From: Opitutales bacterium
GTDB taxonomy: Bacteria; Verrucomicrobiota; Verrucomicrobiia; Opitutales; Coraliomargaritaceae
Direction of reading: 5' to 3'
Assembly (NCBI GenBank): GCA_049598495.1
Contig: JBMYNR010000001.1
Span: 72,172-136,171, forward strand
DNA: 64,000 bases
Of this stretch, positions 1 to 9,758 are shown piece after piece. The notes beneath the pieces were generated by a model. It saw only the letters and a list, made by a program, of their open reading frames with translations. It had not been told where the DNA came from and ran no database searches. The stretch's first letter is position 1. Each line of letters starts with the position of its first letter. The position numbers and the translations under genes were made by a program.

Positions 1-261
1 GACAAGACTCGTATCCAGGTTTTTGCCGGGATCGTGATCGCTCGTAAGGGCGGCGGCATCCAAGAAACTTTCACTGTGCGCCGCATCGCATCCGGTGTTG
101 GTGTCGAGAAAGTATTCCCCGTTCACAGTCCTACGATTGAGAAGATCGAGATCGATCGTGAGTCCATCACTATGCGTGCACGCATGTATTACATGCGCGA
201 TCGCATTGGTAAAGCGGCCAATCAAGTTAAGGAGAAGCGCCTCGTCGAAGCAGGGCGTTAA
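1..261 (+). CDS. rplS: 50S ribosomal protein L19 (5' part outside window)
   Basis: Frame open from base 1: [44 protein letters not shown], the L19 signature. Confidence 0.96.
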   Translation, partial: DKTRIQVFAGIVIARKGGGIQETFTVRRIASGVGVEKVFPVHSPTIEKIEIDRESITMRARMYYMRDRIGKAANQVKEKRLVEAGR

Positions 262-314
262 ATACCTTAATTAACTCCGTTAACCTGGTTAACCTAGGCG
301 TCATCGATTTGAAG

Positions 315-343
315 AAAGCCGTCCCTGCCGGGGCGGCTTTTTT
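315..343 (+). terminator. Rho-independent terminator after rplS
   Basis: AAAGCCGTCCC-TGCC-GGGGCGGCTTT hairpin followed by a T run. Confidence 0.8.
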
Positions 344-396
344 CTTGTCTACGGCCAAGGCTTGGGCAAAGCTTCGATGCATATTCCGTGCCTCAT

Positions 397-1776
397 ATGC
401 ATCCGGACGACGACTCCCAAACGACACTTTCAAAATGGCCCTTTGTTCTGGGGGATGTACTCTTGGTGGCGACCTCGCTGGTCATTGCAATCCTTGGTGA
501 CTGGCAGCTGACTAACTGGCAGGTCGCCTCCTGCGTGATCTCAGTGGCATTGGGTGCGGCGCTCTTTGTTTTGCCCTATGTGGTGGAGTTTCAAGTGCGT
601 GTGCGTGAGGAGCGTGAGGATCGCGGAGCGGAGCTCCGTATCCTTCATCGTCACGTGGCGAACGGGCGTGAGGAACTCGAAGCCGCGGCCGAACGCATCG
701 AAGCGGTTGAGGCCGCCCTCACCAAACTGGCTCCATCCTGCTCTGATCTCACGGCGCCTTTGGAAGCGCTCGATCAAAAGCTCGAACCTGTGGCTCAGGC
801 GCAGGCCGGTCTCAATAAGAAACTCGAGGCATTAGAGAAGCAAGTTGACGGGATGTCAGGCACGGTCGAAGCAAAGCCAGACTCAAATGCTCTCAAGCGG
901 CTCGAGACGGATATTGCATCACTTAAAGAAGAACTCGTCTCACTTTCCGCTCAGCTCGCGGAGCCGGCGTCCGAGGTGAAGGAAGTCGGTGACAAAGCAG
1001 CTGAAACGGAGGGGAGCAAGGAAACGAAAGCGTCGAAAACAAAGCCCGAAAAGCGCGCCCAAAAAACAATCGAACGCCCGACGCGTTCTCCCCGTGAACG
1101 ACGTGAACCCGAAGCTCGCCTTTTGAAGCGCGCGATCGACGAGAAACAGGACAACTCCTCGGCTGCTGTTAGCCGAATTATCGAATCGAAGTCCAAAGCG
1201 GAGCCCACTCCGGAGGTTACCTCGAAGCGCCAGCCGGTAACACCGAAGCAAGCGAAGGAGCCGGCAGAGAGATCTCTAAAGCCCACGGAGGAAAAACCGA
1301 AATCAAAGCCTCATGCGAATAAGGCACCAGAGGAGGGAGGCACGGATTCAAAGCCAGCAGCTGATGGGCCAAAGCCAGCCACCCCGGAGGAAGAGAACCC
1401 AGCCGTAAAAAAGAAGGCGGTGGAGTCGACTCAAGTAAAGGCAGAGCCCGCCCCCGAGGAGGATATGTTTGGCGATACGGTGCTGGCGCAGGTCACGAAA
1501 CGGGTAAAAACGAAGAAAAGTGATACCGCAGTGATTGCCTCGGTTTTTATTGGCATCGGCAACAAGCCCTTTGTCCGTGGGAGTGGTGCCGGATTGAATT
1601 GGGAGAGCGGAGTCGAGATGGAATTTGAAGAGATTGGTAAGTGGCGCTGGATCCCTCCGGCCGATCTTGATAGGCCGATTGAGATACAACTCTACCGCAA
1701 TGACGAGGATGCCGACAGCACGGGCAAGTATACACTGGAGCCGGGGCAGCAACTGGACTTGTCGCCGGTATTTTGA
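397..1776 (+). CDS. Hypothetical membrane-anchored protein: 2 N-terminal TM helices, coiled coil, K/E/P-rich linker, small C-terminal beta domain
   Basis: ~460-aa ORF with two hydrophobic segments, a heptad-like region and C-terminal GIGNKPFVRGSGAGLNW. ATG 397 chosen over GTG 388. Confidence 0.8.
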   Translation: MHPDDDSQTTLSKWPFVLGDVLLVATSLVIAILGDWQLTNWQVASCVISVALGAALFVLPYVVEFQVRVREEREDRGAELRILHRHVANGREELEAAAERIEAVEAALTKLAPSCSDLTAPLEALDQKLEPVAQAQAGLNKKLEALEKQVDGMSGTVEAKPDSNALKRLETDIASLKEELVSLSAQLAEPASEVKEVGDKAAETEGSKETKASKTKPEKRAQKTIERPTRSPRERREPEARLLKRAIDEKQDNSSAAVSRIIESKSKAEPTPEVTSKRQPVTPKQAKEPAERSLKPTEEKPKSKPHANKAPEEGGTDSKPAADGPKPATPEEENPAVKKKAVESTQVKAEPAPEEDMFGDTVLAQVTKRVKTKKSDTAVIASVFIGIGNKPFVRGSGAGLNWESGVEMEFEEIGKWRWIPPADLDRPIEIQLYRNDEDADSTGKYTLEPGQQLDLSPVF

Positions 1777-1865
1777 GTTACCGGATGCCAAGTCTGAACG
1801 TAGAATAGTGATTCTTGTGACCTACCAGGCCTAAATGCAATAGGCTCTGGTATGAATATGGTCGT

Positions 1866-1899
1866 AAAAAAAGTCCGGCGGCATTTGCCGACGGACTTT
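1866..1899 (-). terminator. Terminator after mdh (possibly bidirectional)
   Basis: AAAGTCCG..CGGCA-T-TTGCCG..CGGACTTT hairpin with an A7 run on the + strand. Confidence 0.75.
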
Positions 1900-1921
1900 G
1901 GAAATTTGATTCGAAGCGAAT

Positions 1922-2905
1922 TTAGAGGAGATCCTTCACCGCTTCGCGTTCTTCCAACAGCTCCTGCACGGAGGCGTCAAATTTCTCACGGCTGAACTCG
2001 TTGAGCTCCACATTCTGAACGATCTCGATAGACTGTCCATCGCTGCGGCAGGGGAAGGAGATGATGAGTCCCTCCGGGGTGCCGTAGCTGCCGTCGGAGC
2101 AGAGGCACATGCTGAAGGTGTCGCCCGGGGCGGTTGGAGTGGTCAGGGCACGCACGGAATCGACGATCCCGTTGGCGGCTGATGCGGCGGAAGAGGCGCC
2201 GCGGGCCTTGATAATGGCGGCACCACGCTTTTGCACATCGGGGATAAACGTATCCTTAAGCCATGACTCATCGGCGATGGCTTGAGCGGCAGATTTACCG
2301 TCGATCTTTGCGGAATAGAAGTCCGGATACTGTGTGGCGGAGTGGTTGCCCCAAATGGTCATGTTGGATACCGCGGTCACATCGACACCAGCCTTCTGTG
2401 CGAGTTGTGTTTTGGCACGGTTTTCATCGAGCATGGTCATTGCGAAGAATCGGTCATTGGGCACACCCTCCGCATTGTTCATGGCGATGAGGCAATTGGT
2501 ATTGCAGGGATTTCCGACCACGAGGACGCGGACATCGTCGGCTGCGTTGGCAGCGATTGCTTTACCCTGACCGGTGAATACCTTACCATTGATACCAAGT
2601 AGATCGGCGCGCTCCATCCCGTCCTTGCGGGGAACAGAGCCAACGAGAAGGGCCCAGTTTACATCTTTGAAACCTACGTCGAGATCAGTTGTGGCGACAA
2701 CATCTTTCAGGAGAGGGAAAGCGCAGTCATCGAGCTCCATAACGACGCCCTTGAGCGCGTTGAGAGCCGGAGGAATCTCAATCAGATTTAGTGCAACGGG
2801 CTGGTCTGGCCCGAACATGGAACCGGAAGCGATACGGAAAAGAAGGGCGTAGCCGATGTTGCCGGCGGCACCCGTGACAGCGACTCGTATGGGTTGCTTG
2901 CTCAT
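1922..2905 (-). CDS. mdh: Malate dehydrogenase
   Basis: [38 protein letters not shown] motifs. Confidence 0.97.
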   Translation of the reverse strand: MSKQPIRVAVTGAAGNIGYALLFRIASGSMFGPDQPVALNLIEIPPALNALKGVVMELDDCAFPLLKDVVATTDLDVGFKDVNWALLVGSVPRKDGMERADLLGINGKVFTGQGKAIAANAADDVRVLVVGNPCNTNCLIAMNNAEGVPNDRFFAMTMLDENRAKTQLAQKAGVDVTAVSNMTIWGNHSATQYPDFYSAKIDGKSAAQAIADESWLKDTFIPDVQKRGAAIIKARGASSAASAANGIVDSVRALTTPTAPGDTFSMCLCSDGSYGTPEGLIISFPCRSDGQSIEIVQNVELNEFSREKFDASVQELLEEREAVKDLL

Positions 2906-2917
2906 GATTTTATGTAG

Positions 2918-2949
2918 GTTGAGTAGTTGAGTGGTTGAGTAGTTGAGTG
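2918..2949. repeat. Octamer tandem array (GTTGAGTR)x4
   Basis: gttgagta gttgagtg gttgagta gttgagtg, 12 nt upstream of the mdh start. Confidence 0.9.
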
Positions 2950-3015
2950 GGTGCTGGGAAGAGTCAAACGGGAAGCGCGTGCGGGAGCTTGAAAGAAGCG
3001 CTCCTTTTGGGTGTT

Positions 3016-4068
3016 TTAAGCAAAAAGCGGCTCAAGGTCTTTGTAACCCTTCCGAATCATCGCCTCGGTGGTATCCCAGTCAATACAGCCGTCGGTGATG
3101 GAGACGCCATATTTCAGGTCTTCGATCGGTTGAGGAAAGGATTGGTTGCCGAAATTCAGATTACTCTCGACCATGGCGCCGATCACGCTCGAGTCGACTA
3201 GGCTTTGGCGTACGATTTCGGCAAATACCGCGGGTTGGCGCTCGGGGTCCTTATCGCTGTTCGCGTGGCTGCAGTCAGTCATGATGGCAGGTGTGAGGCC
3301 CGCCGCATCGAGTCGTTTGCGGGCTTCTGCGACGTCGTCAGCACCGTAGTTAGGGCCGTTGGAGCCGCCACGGAGAACAACGTGGCAGTGCGGGTTGCCC
3401 TTTGTGGTGAGCGCGTTGGCGCGTCCCTCGTTGTCGATTCCGAGAAAAGTTTGTGGCTGAGAAGCAGCCTTGATTGCATTGATTGCTACAGTCAGTCCTC
3501 CGTCGGTGCCGTTTTTGAAGCCGAGAGGCATGGATAGACCCGAGGCCATTTGGCGATGAGTCTGGCTCTCTGTTGTGCGTGCGCCGATCGCCGACCAGCT
3601 CACAAGATCTGCAATGTACTGCGGTGTGATCGGGTCGAGCAGTTCAGTGGCAGTTGGTAGGCCCAGTTCGATTATATCGAGCAGGAAGCGCCGGGCGATG
3701 CGCAGACCCTCTGGGATGTCACTGGTGCCGTCGAGTTTGGGATCCATGATCAGGCCCTTCCAGCCAACCGTCGTGCGTGGCTTCTCAAAGTAGACACGCA
3801 TGACGATGAGCATGCGATCTTCCACTTCCTTCGCTAGTTTGGCCAAGTTCGCTGCGTATTCATGGCCCGCCTTTAAATCATGAATGGAGCATGGCCCTAC
3901 GACAACGAGTAGACGGCGATCCTTACCAAAGATAATCTCGTTAATTGCCTCGCGGCTCTCGGCTACAAATTTGTCAGCTGACTCGGTTTTTTCGATCTCC
4001 TTGCATAGTTCGACAGGCGAAGGGAGTCGCGTTTTTGAGGTGATGTTTATGTCGGTGACTTTTTTCAC
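3016..4068 (-). CDS. DAHP synthase, class I alpha (AroF/G/H family)
   Basis: [45 protein letters not shown] motifs. Confidence 0.96.
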   Translation of the reverse strand: MKKVTDINITSKTRLPSPVELCKEIEKTESADKFVAESREAINEIIFGKDRRLLVVVGPCSIHDLKAGHEYAANLAKLAKEVEDRMLIVMRVYFEKPRTTVGWKGLIMDPKLDGTSDIPEGLRIARRFLLDIIELGLPTATELLDPITPQYIADLVSWSAIGARTTESQTHRQMASGLSMPLGFKNGTDGGLTVAINAIKAASQPQTFLGIDNEGRANALTTKGNPHCHVVLRGGSNGPNYGADDVAEARKRLDAAGLTPAIMTDCSHANSDKDPERQPAVFAEIVRQSLVDSSVIGAMVESNLNFGNQSFPQPIEDLKYGVSITDGCIDWDTTEAMIRKGYKDLEPLFA

Positions 4069-4362
4069 GGGCGGGATGTGTAGAGAAGCTTTCTATTCGT
4101 AACAAGCCCAAAGGGGTAAAACGGGTGCTAGAGGGTGGCAGTGCGGATGCGGGGAGCATTTTGTAGAACGCTGGCGGGAGCCAGTGTTCTGATGCGTAGC
4201 ACTGGGGTTTCATATGAATTCGATCGATTGCCCTCGATACTGACAACGGCTGTCGCCGTCGTGCTACATTTTGGGCAGGGAAAGCTTGGATGGGTCGAAC
4301 GATACAGAGCGACTTGCGAGATACGGGTTGAAACTTTTCTGCGGTCATCTACCTCTACACGA

Positions 4363-5274
4363 ATGGACCCTGCGAAAAGCTATTTCCAATATGAAAGTAA
4401 TGCCCATCTACTGGTGGCGGGAGAGGATGCGGCTGATTTTCTTCAAAGTCAGTTCACGAATGATCTGCGTCCCTTCGAGGCAGGACGTTGCACCTACGGA
4501 CTCTGGTTGGACGTGAAGGGAAAAGTATTGGGTGATAGTATCCTCCTCAGTGAGGGTGAGGAGCGGTTCCGTATTTTGTCAGAGCGGAGTAACGAGGAGC
4601 GCATTTGCTCGCATTTGGAGAAGCATATCATTGCTGACGATGTCGTGATTGAAGTCTGCCCATCGGTGAAGGTGTTTGAGTTTCTCCAGGTTGCGGTCGG
4701 AGCGCTCGATTGGGAGCTTCCTGAATTCGGCCACTCTCTCGAAAATGAATTCGGGCTATTCGCTCAGGTGAGACCAGGTATTTTTCAGCTGATCGTGAGT
4801 GAGGAGGATAAGCTTGAAGCCGTGGAGCTGGATTTGGAGCAGGCCGGACTTTACGGGCAAGACGCCCGAGAGCGCGGGCTCATTCGCATCGGGATCGGCC
4901 TCCCGCAGGTTCCTGAAGAAATTGGCGAAGGAGACCTCCCCGGCGAGGGTGAGTTGGAAAGCGATGCGATCTCGTTTACAAAAGGTTGCTATCTCGGTCA
5001 GGAGGTTGTCGCTCGTATGCATAACATCGGGAAGCCGCAGCGCCGACTCTTTGAGCTATCCGGTCCGGGGGAGGTGCCTCCATTGCCCCTCATATTATAC
5101 AATAGCGAGATGAAACAAATCGGTGAACTGCGCACTGCCTATGCCGACGGTGACGCATGGCGCGGTGTCGGGATCTTGAAGACGCGCTTCTCGCAAGTGG
5201 GCGAATGTCTTCAAAACAAAACGATTCAGGCAACCGTTATTAAGCCGCTTCGAGAAGGAGGCCATGATGAGTGA
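4363..5274 (+). CDS. ygfZ: YgfZ/GcvT-like folate-binding protein
   Basis: GEDAADFLQSQFTND and the KGCYLGQEVVAR signature; start placed at ATG 4363. Confidence 0.9.
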   Translation: MDPAKSYFQYESNAHLLVAGEDAADFLQSQFTNDLRPFEAGRCTYGLWLDVKGKVLGDSILLSEGEERFRILSERSNEERICSHLEKHIIADDVVIEVCPSVKVFEFLQVAVGALDWELPEFGHSLENEFGLFAQVRPGIFQLIVSEEDKLEAVELDLEQAGLYGQDARERGLIRIGIGLPQVPEEIGEGDLPGEGELESDAISFTKGCYLGQEVVARMHNIGKPQRRLFELSGPGEVPPLPLILYNSEMKQIGELRTAYADGDAWRGVGILKTRFSQVGECLQNKTIQATVIKPLREGGHDE

Positions 5275-5467
5275 TTTGAATGATGATTACGCCAACGAAG
5301 TGGCCTGTATATTCGTGAATCTGGGAGCACCCGAAGAACAGGCCCAAGTCATGTCTTCGCAACTCTTGAAACGTGCGCAACAAATTTCTGAAGCGCGTGG
5401 TATTTCCAAAGTTGAAGCGGCCGAGAGCCTCTTGAAACAGGTGATTGCAGCACGGCAGGGCGTTTGA
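5264..5467 (+). CDS. Small hypothetical protein (67 aa)
   Basis: GGAGG before the ATG, overlaps the ygfZ stop, helical-looking sequence. Confidence 0.7.
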   Translation: MMSDLNDDYANEVACIFVNLGAPEEQAQVMSSQLLKRAQQISEARGISKVEAAESLLKQVIAARQGV

Positions 5468-5622
5468 AGTCGCTCTGAGAGAGGTTTCGAGTTCATGTCG
5501 AGTCTGAAAACCTGAAAAAATAGGGGGTTCAGGGCCGATTTTAGGTTGACGCTAACAATCGCTCATTCTCTTATCAGCGACGGTCATAAGGCCAATAAAC
5601 CTCAACAAAATAATAAGAATAT

Positions 5623-5898
5623 ATGAACAAAGCAGGACTCGTTGCAGAAGTACAAAAGTCACTCGGTGCTGACACCTCCAAAGCAGCCGCAGAGCGTGCC
5701 ATCGAAGCCGTTCTCGAGGGCATCAAAAAGGGTGTTAAGAAGGACAAAAATGTTCAACTCATCGGCTTCGGTACTTTCTCAGTAACTAAGCGTGCCGCAC
5801 GCACCGGCATCAATCCACAGACTCGCGAGAAGATTAAGATCAAGGCTTCCAAGGCTGTGAAGTTCAAGGCGGGTGCCGGTCTCAAAGCAGTTCTCTAA
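5623..5898 (+). CDS. hup: HU family DNA-binding protein
   Basis: MNKAGLV...VQLIGFGTF...RTGINPQT...VKFKAGAGLK. Confidence 0.96.
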   Translation: MNKAGLVAEVQKSLGADTSKAAAERAIEAVLEGIKKGVKKDKNVQLIGFGTFSVTKRAARTGINPQTREKIKIKASKAVKFKAGAGLKAVL

Positions 5899-5920
5899 GA
5901 GCTTACCCCTATACAATTCG

Positions 5921-5957
5921 AAACCCGCAGTCTCCCGAGTAGGAGCTGCGGGTTTTT
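5921..5957 (+). terminator. Rho-independent terminator after hup
   Basis: AAACCCGCAG-TCTCC..GGAG-CTGCGGGTTTTT. Confidence 0.85.
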
Positions 5958-6132
5958 GGTTTTTGCAATGTGCACTAAAAAAGGAGCTTAGCACGACGAC
6001 GATCCTCGTTGTGGGCACTCGGCTAGCGGCGAAGCATCGACTGACGTCCGCGTTCGATAGGAAGAATGGTTCCTCGGCAAAGCGAGGGGAAGGATCGATC
6101 GTCTTTTTTTTCAGCAAACGGCCTTAGCAAGC

Positions 6133-6379
6133 TAACCCGAATATTGCACCAGTTTGTTGCTGTCGTTCTTTATCTTGTTACGGGATGGCTACTTGCGAGT
6201 TTTCTTCAAAAACTCGTCGTGTCACAAAAGTGACAGCAACAAACTTTGAGTCCAGAAGCGTCCCTGGCTGTGTTCCGAGCGCGTAACCCACTTAGTCACG
6301 CACTTCAGTGCGCTCCTGCGTGGAACACGGCTCGCGCCTTGCCAAAGCCAATTCTGGATCTCATGCAATAAGCGGGCTA
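6133..6379. mobile_element. 247-bp MITE, copy 1 (ERIC-like core)
   Basis: Near-identical to 48677-48923 and 56770-57016; imperfect terminal IR TAACCCGAATATTGCA / TGCAATAAGCGGGCTA; empty-site equivalent near 24900. Confidence 0.9.
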
Positions 6380-6637
6380 AGGCCCTGCAAAATGATTGTT
6401 TTCCTAGGGCTCGACCGCCTGACTCGGCGTAGCTCGGCGAGCGAAGACGGTTGGTCAATGCCGCGTCGGCTATGCAATCGAATTATTCCCCGGAAAATGA
6501 CGATAAACACGAAAAATGCACCGCAGGTAGAAGTGGACACCGCTAGAAAATACCCGCCTTTGCGGTTGCCAGCCACTTAAAAGGCCACCTTATTGAAATC
6601 TTTTTTTGAGATTCACACGACCTTTAAGGACAAGATT

Positions 6638-8062
6638 ATGGGTAAAAGTTTATTCGAGAAAGTATGGGACGCGCACTCCGTTCGGCAGTTGGCCAATGGG
6701 CAGACGCAGTTGTTAATCGGGACGCACTTGATTCATGAGGTGACGAGCCCTCAGGCCTTCGGGATGCTTCGCGATAAGGGCTTACAGGTGAAATATCCCC
6801 ACCGCACCTTCGCTACAGTGGATCACATTGTGCCAACAAATGAGACGGTCGAGCCCTACAGTGATCCGCTCGCGCAGGGGATGATCGAGGAGCTCCGTAA
6901 GAACTGTGAGGAGAACAACGTGACTTTCTTTGACACCAATACCGGGCGCCAGGGCATTGTTCATATTGTCGGGCCGGAGCAGGGAATTACCCAACCGGGA
7001 ACCACCATCGCATGTGGTGATTCGCATACATCGACCCACGGAGCCTTTGGGGCGATTGCCTTTGGTATCGGAACCAGTCAGGTTCGTGATGTGCTTGCGA
7101 CTCAGACCATCGCTTTGAACGAGTTGAAAGTACGTCGCATCAATGTTGACGGTGAACTTCGACCGGGCGTCTATGCAAAGGACGTGATTCTGCACATCAT
7201 CCGGCTTCTCGGAACACAGGGTGGTACCGGATTCGCCTACGAATATGCCGGCTCTGTCTTTGATGGTTTCACAATGGAGGAGCGGATGACAGTCTGTAAC
7301 ATGTCGATTGAGGGGGGTGCTCGCGTAGGTTACGTGAATCCTGACGAGACCACTTTCGAATACCTAAAGGGCCGTCCCTACGCACCCAAGGGTGAGGCGT
7401 GGGATTCTGCAGTTGAGCGGTGGCGTTCCTTCGCTTCGGATGCGGATTGCAGCTATGATGATGTGGTGAATATCGATGCGAGTGAGATCGAACCGACTGT
7501 CACTTGGGGGATTACTCCAGGTCAAGGTGTCGGTATCAATGAGATGATTCCTGCGGAGGCCGATGGCGATACCCAGTCTGATCGCGTAGCGATTGCTGAG
7601 GCACTTGAGCACATGAAGTTCGAGGGTGGTTCGCCGGTCAAGGGCAAGAAGATCGATGTCGCTTTCATCGGTTCCTGCACAAATGGTCGTCTTTCTGATC
7701 TCAAGGAAGTCGCCAAATATGTTAAAGGCCGCAAGGTGGCTGAGGGTGTTCAAGGGATTGTGGTTCCCGGTTCTCAGGTAGTCGCCAAAATCGCCGAGGA
7801 GCTCGGTCTGGACAAAACCTTCATCGAGGCCGGCTTCGAATGGCGGGCAGCGGGTTGCTCCATGTGCCTGGCTATGAATCCTGACAAGTTAGTTGGCGAT
7901 CAGCTGTGTGCGAGCTCGTCAAATCGTAATTTTAAGGGCCGTCAAGGCTCGCCCACTGGGCGCACGATGTTGATGAGCCCTCTGATGGTGGCTGCGGCTG
8001 CAGTGACCGGTGAGGTCTCTGATGCACGTGAGGTCTTTGGCTTCGCCCCCGTCGTTGCATAA
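6638..8062 (+). CDS. leuC: 3-isopropylmalate dehydratase large subunit
   Basis: [52 protein letters not shown]. Confidence 0.97.
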   Translation: MGKSLFEKVWDAHSVRQLANGQTQLLIGTHLIHEVTSPQAFGMLRDKGLQVKYPHRTFATVDHIVPTNETVEPYSDPLAQGMIEELRKNCEENNVTFFDTNTGRQGIVHIVGPEQGITQPGTTIACGDSHTSTHGAFGAIAFGIGTSQVRDVLATQTIALNELKVRRINVDGELRPGVYAKDVILHIIRLLGTQGGTGFAYEYAGSVFDGFTMEERMTVCNMSIEGGARVGYVNPDETTFEYLKGRPYAPKGEAWDSAVERWRSFASDADCSYDDVVNIDASEIEPTVTWGITPGQGVGINEMIPAEADGDTQSDRVAIAEALEHMKFEGGSPVKGKKIDVAFIGSCTNGRLSDLKEVAKYVKGRKVAEGVQGIVVPGSQVVAKIAEELGLDKTFIEAGFEWRAAGCSMCLAMNPDKLVGDQLCASSSNRNFKGRQGSPTGRTMLMSPLMVAAAAVTGEVSDAREVFGFAPVVA

Positions 8063-8107
8063 ATACTCTCTTCCTTCTTAAATCATAATTTTTAAATTTC
8101 GCTAACA

Positions 8108-8710
8108 ATGGCATCCACACCAATCAATCAAGTCACAGGTAAGGGCGTTTATGTGCCTGGTGACGATATCGACACAGATCGCATCATCCCCGCACGCTTC
8201 ATGAAGTGTATCACCTTCGATGGTCTGGGAGAGTATCTTTTTTACGACGTTCGCAAGACCGAGGGTGGCGAAGACAAGGAGCACAACCTCAATGATCCAC
8301 GTTTCTCCGGCGCCAACATCATCCTAAGTGGAAATAATTTCGGCTGTGGCAGTTCGCGAGAGCATGCTCCGCAGTCCATTCTGCGTGCGGGTTTCAATGC
8401 GGTTATCGCGGGTAGCTTTGCCGAGATATTTTTTGGCAATTCCACCAACCTCGGGATTGTCTGTGTGACTGCAAGTGATGAAGATCGCGCCAGGATCGCC
8501 GATGCCATCGAAGCGGAGCCGGGCTTAGAGATCGTGATTGACGTCGAGGATCAAGAGATCCGCTTCGATAAGCAGTCGATTCCCTGCGCGATCAAGCCCG
8601 GTGCACGCGACAGTCTCCTTAGAGGTTCTTACGATCCTCTCGACGAGCTGCTGGAAGGTGCCGGCGAGGTGGCCTCCGTGGCCGGCAACCTGGCTTATAT
8701 GGAGGGGTGA
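8108..8710 (+). CDS. leuD: 3-isopropylmalate dehydratase small subunit
   Basis: DIDTDRIIPARF, NFGCGSSREHAP, SFAEIFFGN. Confidence 0.97.
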   Translation: MASTPINQVTGKGVYVPGDDIDTDRIIPARFMKCITFDGLGEYLFYDVRKTEGGEDKEHNLNDPRFSGANIILSGNNFGCGSSREHAPQSILRAGFNAVIAGSFAEIFFGNSTNLGIVCVTASDEDRARIADAIEAEPGLEIVIDVEDQEIRFDKQSIPCAIKPGARDSLLRGSYDPLDELLEGAGEVASVAGNLAYMEG

Positions 8711-8790
8711 TATTCCCGGGATACATGCCGCGCTAGCGAGTCTTTTGGAAGTATCTCCTTTTCTTCAGACCCATTCTGAATTTTTCTTTT

Positions 8791-9351
8791 ATGGATATTC
8801 TCACAAATGCAGGGGTCTTTTTTTACCCGCTTGCGCTCTGCTCGTTCATCGCGGTTTTCATCACCATTGAGCGTTTGATCGCTCTGCGAAACTCACGGGT
8901 CGTCCCCGCCACAGTCGTGAGGGCCTTCGTTTCGGGCGAATTTGGGAGCATTCCCCCTGAGTTGACTACGGTAGCCGGGCGTATCGCGGGCTTCTACCAA
9001 ACCCGCCAGCCGGATGCCGCTGCGCTGAAGGCGTATGCCCGTTTGGAAGTCAGCCGTATGGAGCGTGGTGTCTTCCTACTCGAGGTTGTTATCGGGGTGG
9101 CACCGCTACTCGGCCTGCTTGGCACCGTAACCGGATTGACTCAGGTATTTGGCGGGTTTTCCGCGGAGACCGGACTGCCCGACCCTGCGGCTTTTATCAC
9201 CGGTATCGCCTTGGCTTTGAACACCACGATTTTGGGCCTCGCCATAGCGATCCCTAGCTTGGCGGCGCACGCCTATCTCCTTCGTCGGGTTGAGTCGTTG
9301 GCGGCACGCATCGCTCTTGGTGTCGAGGCAATTCTCGAAACGGATTCCTGA
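8791..9351 (+). CDS. exbB: MotA/TolQ/ExbB proton channel protein
   Basis: APLLGLLGTVTG and GIALALNTTILGLAIAIP TM motifs. Confidence 0.9.
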   Translation: MDILTNAGVFFYPLALCSFIAVFITIERLIALRNSRVVPATVVRAFVSGEFGSIPPELTTVAGRIAGFYQTRQPDAAALKAYARLEVSRMERGVFLLEVVIGVAPLLGLLGTVTGLTQVFGGFSAETGLPDPAAFITGIALALNTTILGLAIAIPSLAAHAYLLRRVESLAARIALGVEAILETDS

Positions 9352-9758
9352 TGGACGGAAGCTCCGAGCTGATCAGCCGGCGCAGACGGCAACCATCGAT
9401 CAACATTGTTCCTTTGGTCGATGTGCTTACGGTGTTGCTGTTCTTCTTCCTTGTGACGATGCAGTTCAAGCAGGTGAGCACCTTGAATATCACCGTTCCG
9501 AAGATCGAGACAGCGGGAGAGAACGAAATTCAGGAACAGATTGTGATTGCGCTTAGTCCCGAGGGACAGATCTACCTCAATGATCGGCTGGTCGAGAAAG
9601 TACCCTTTGAGGCGGCGATGAAGCTGGCTGGGGAACTGACGCCGGATCTTCCGATTCTCCTGATTGCTGATGAGGAGGTGCCGCTGAAGTATGTGACCGA
9701 GGTGATGGACGTGTGTAGAAAGCACCAGATGAATAAGATTCGCCTGCAGTCGCGTTAG
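9351..9758 (+). CDS. exbD: ExbD/TolR family protein
   Basis: [24 protein letters not shown] overlap with exbB. Confidence 0.9.
   Translation: MDGSSELISRRRRQPSINIVPLVDVLTVLLFFFLVTMQFKQVSTLNITVPKIETAGENEIQEQIVIALSPEGQIYLNDRLVEKVPFEAAMKLAGELTPDLPILLIADEEVPLKYVTEVMDVCRKHQMNKIRLQSR

Noticed and set aside
4135..4362. 76-aa N-terminal extension of YgfZ in the ORF track
   Set aside because: Family similarity starts near ATG 4363; the upstream part is probably the divergent promoter region
6222..6580. Short ORFs overlapping MITE copy 1 (and 48612-48830 at copy 2)
   Set aside because: They are translations of non-coding repeat DNA; starts and stops differ between copies and no transposase motif is present
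6380..6637. Leucine attenuator upstream of leuC
   Set aside because: No Leu-rich leader peptide or terminator/antiterminator pair found
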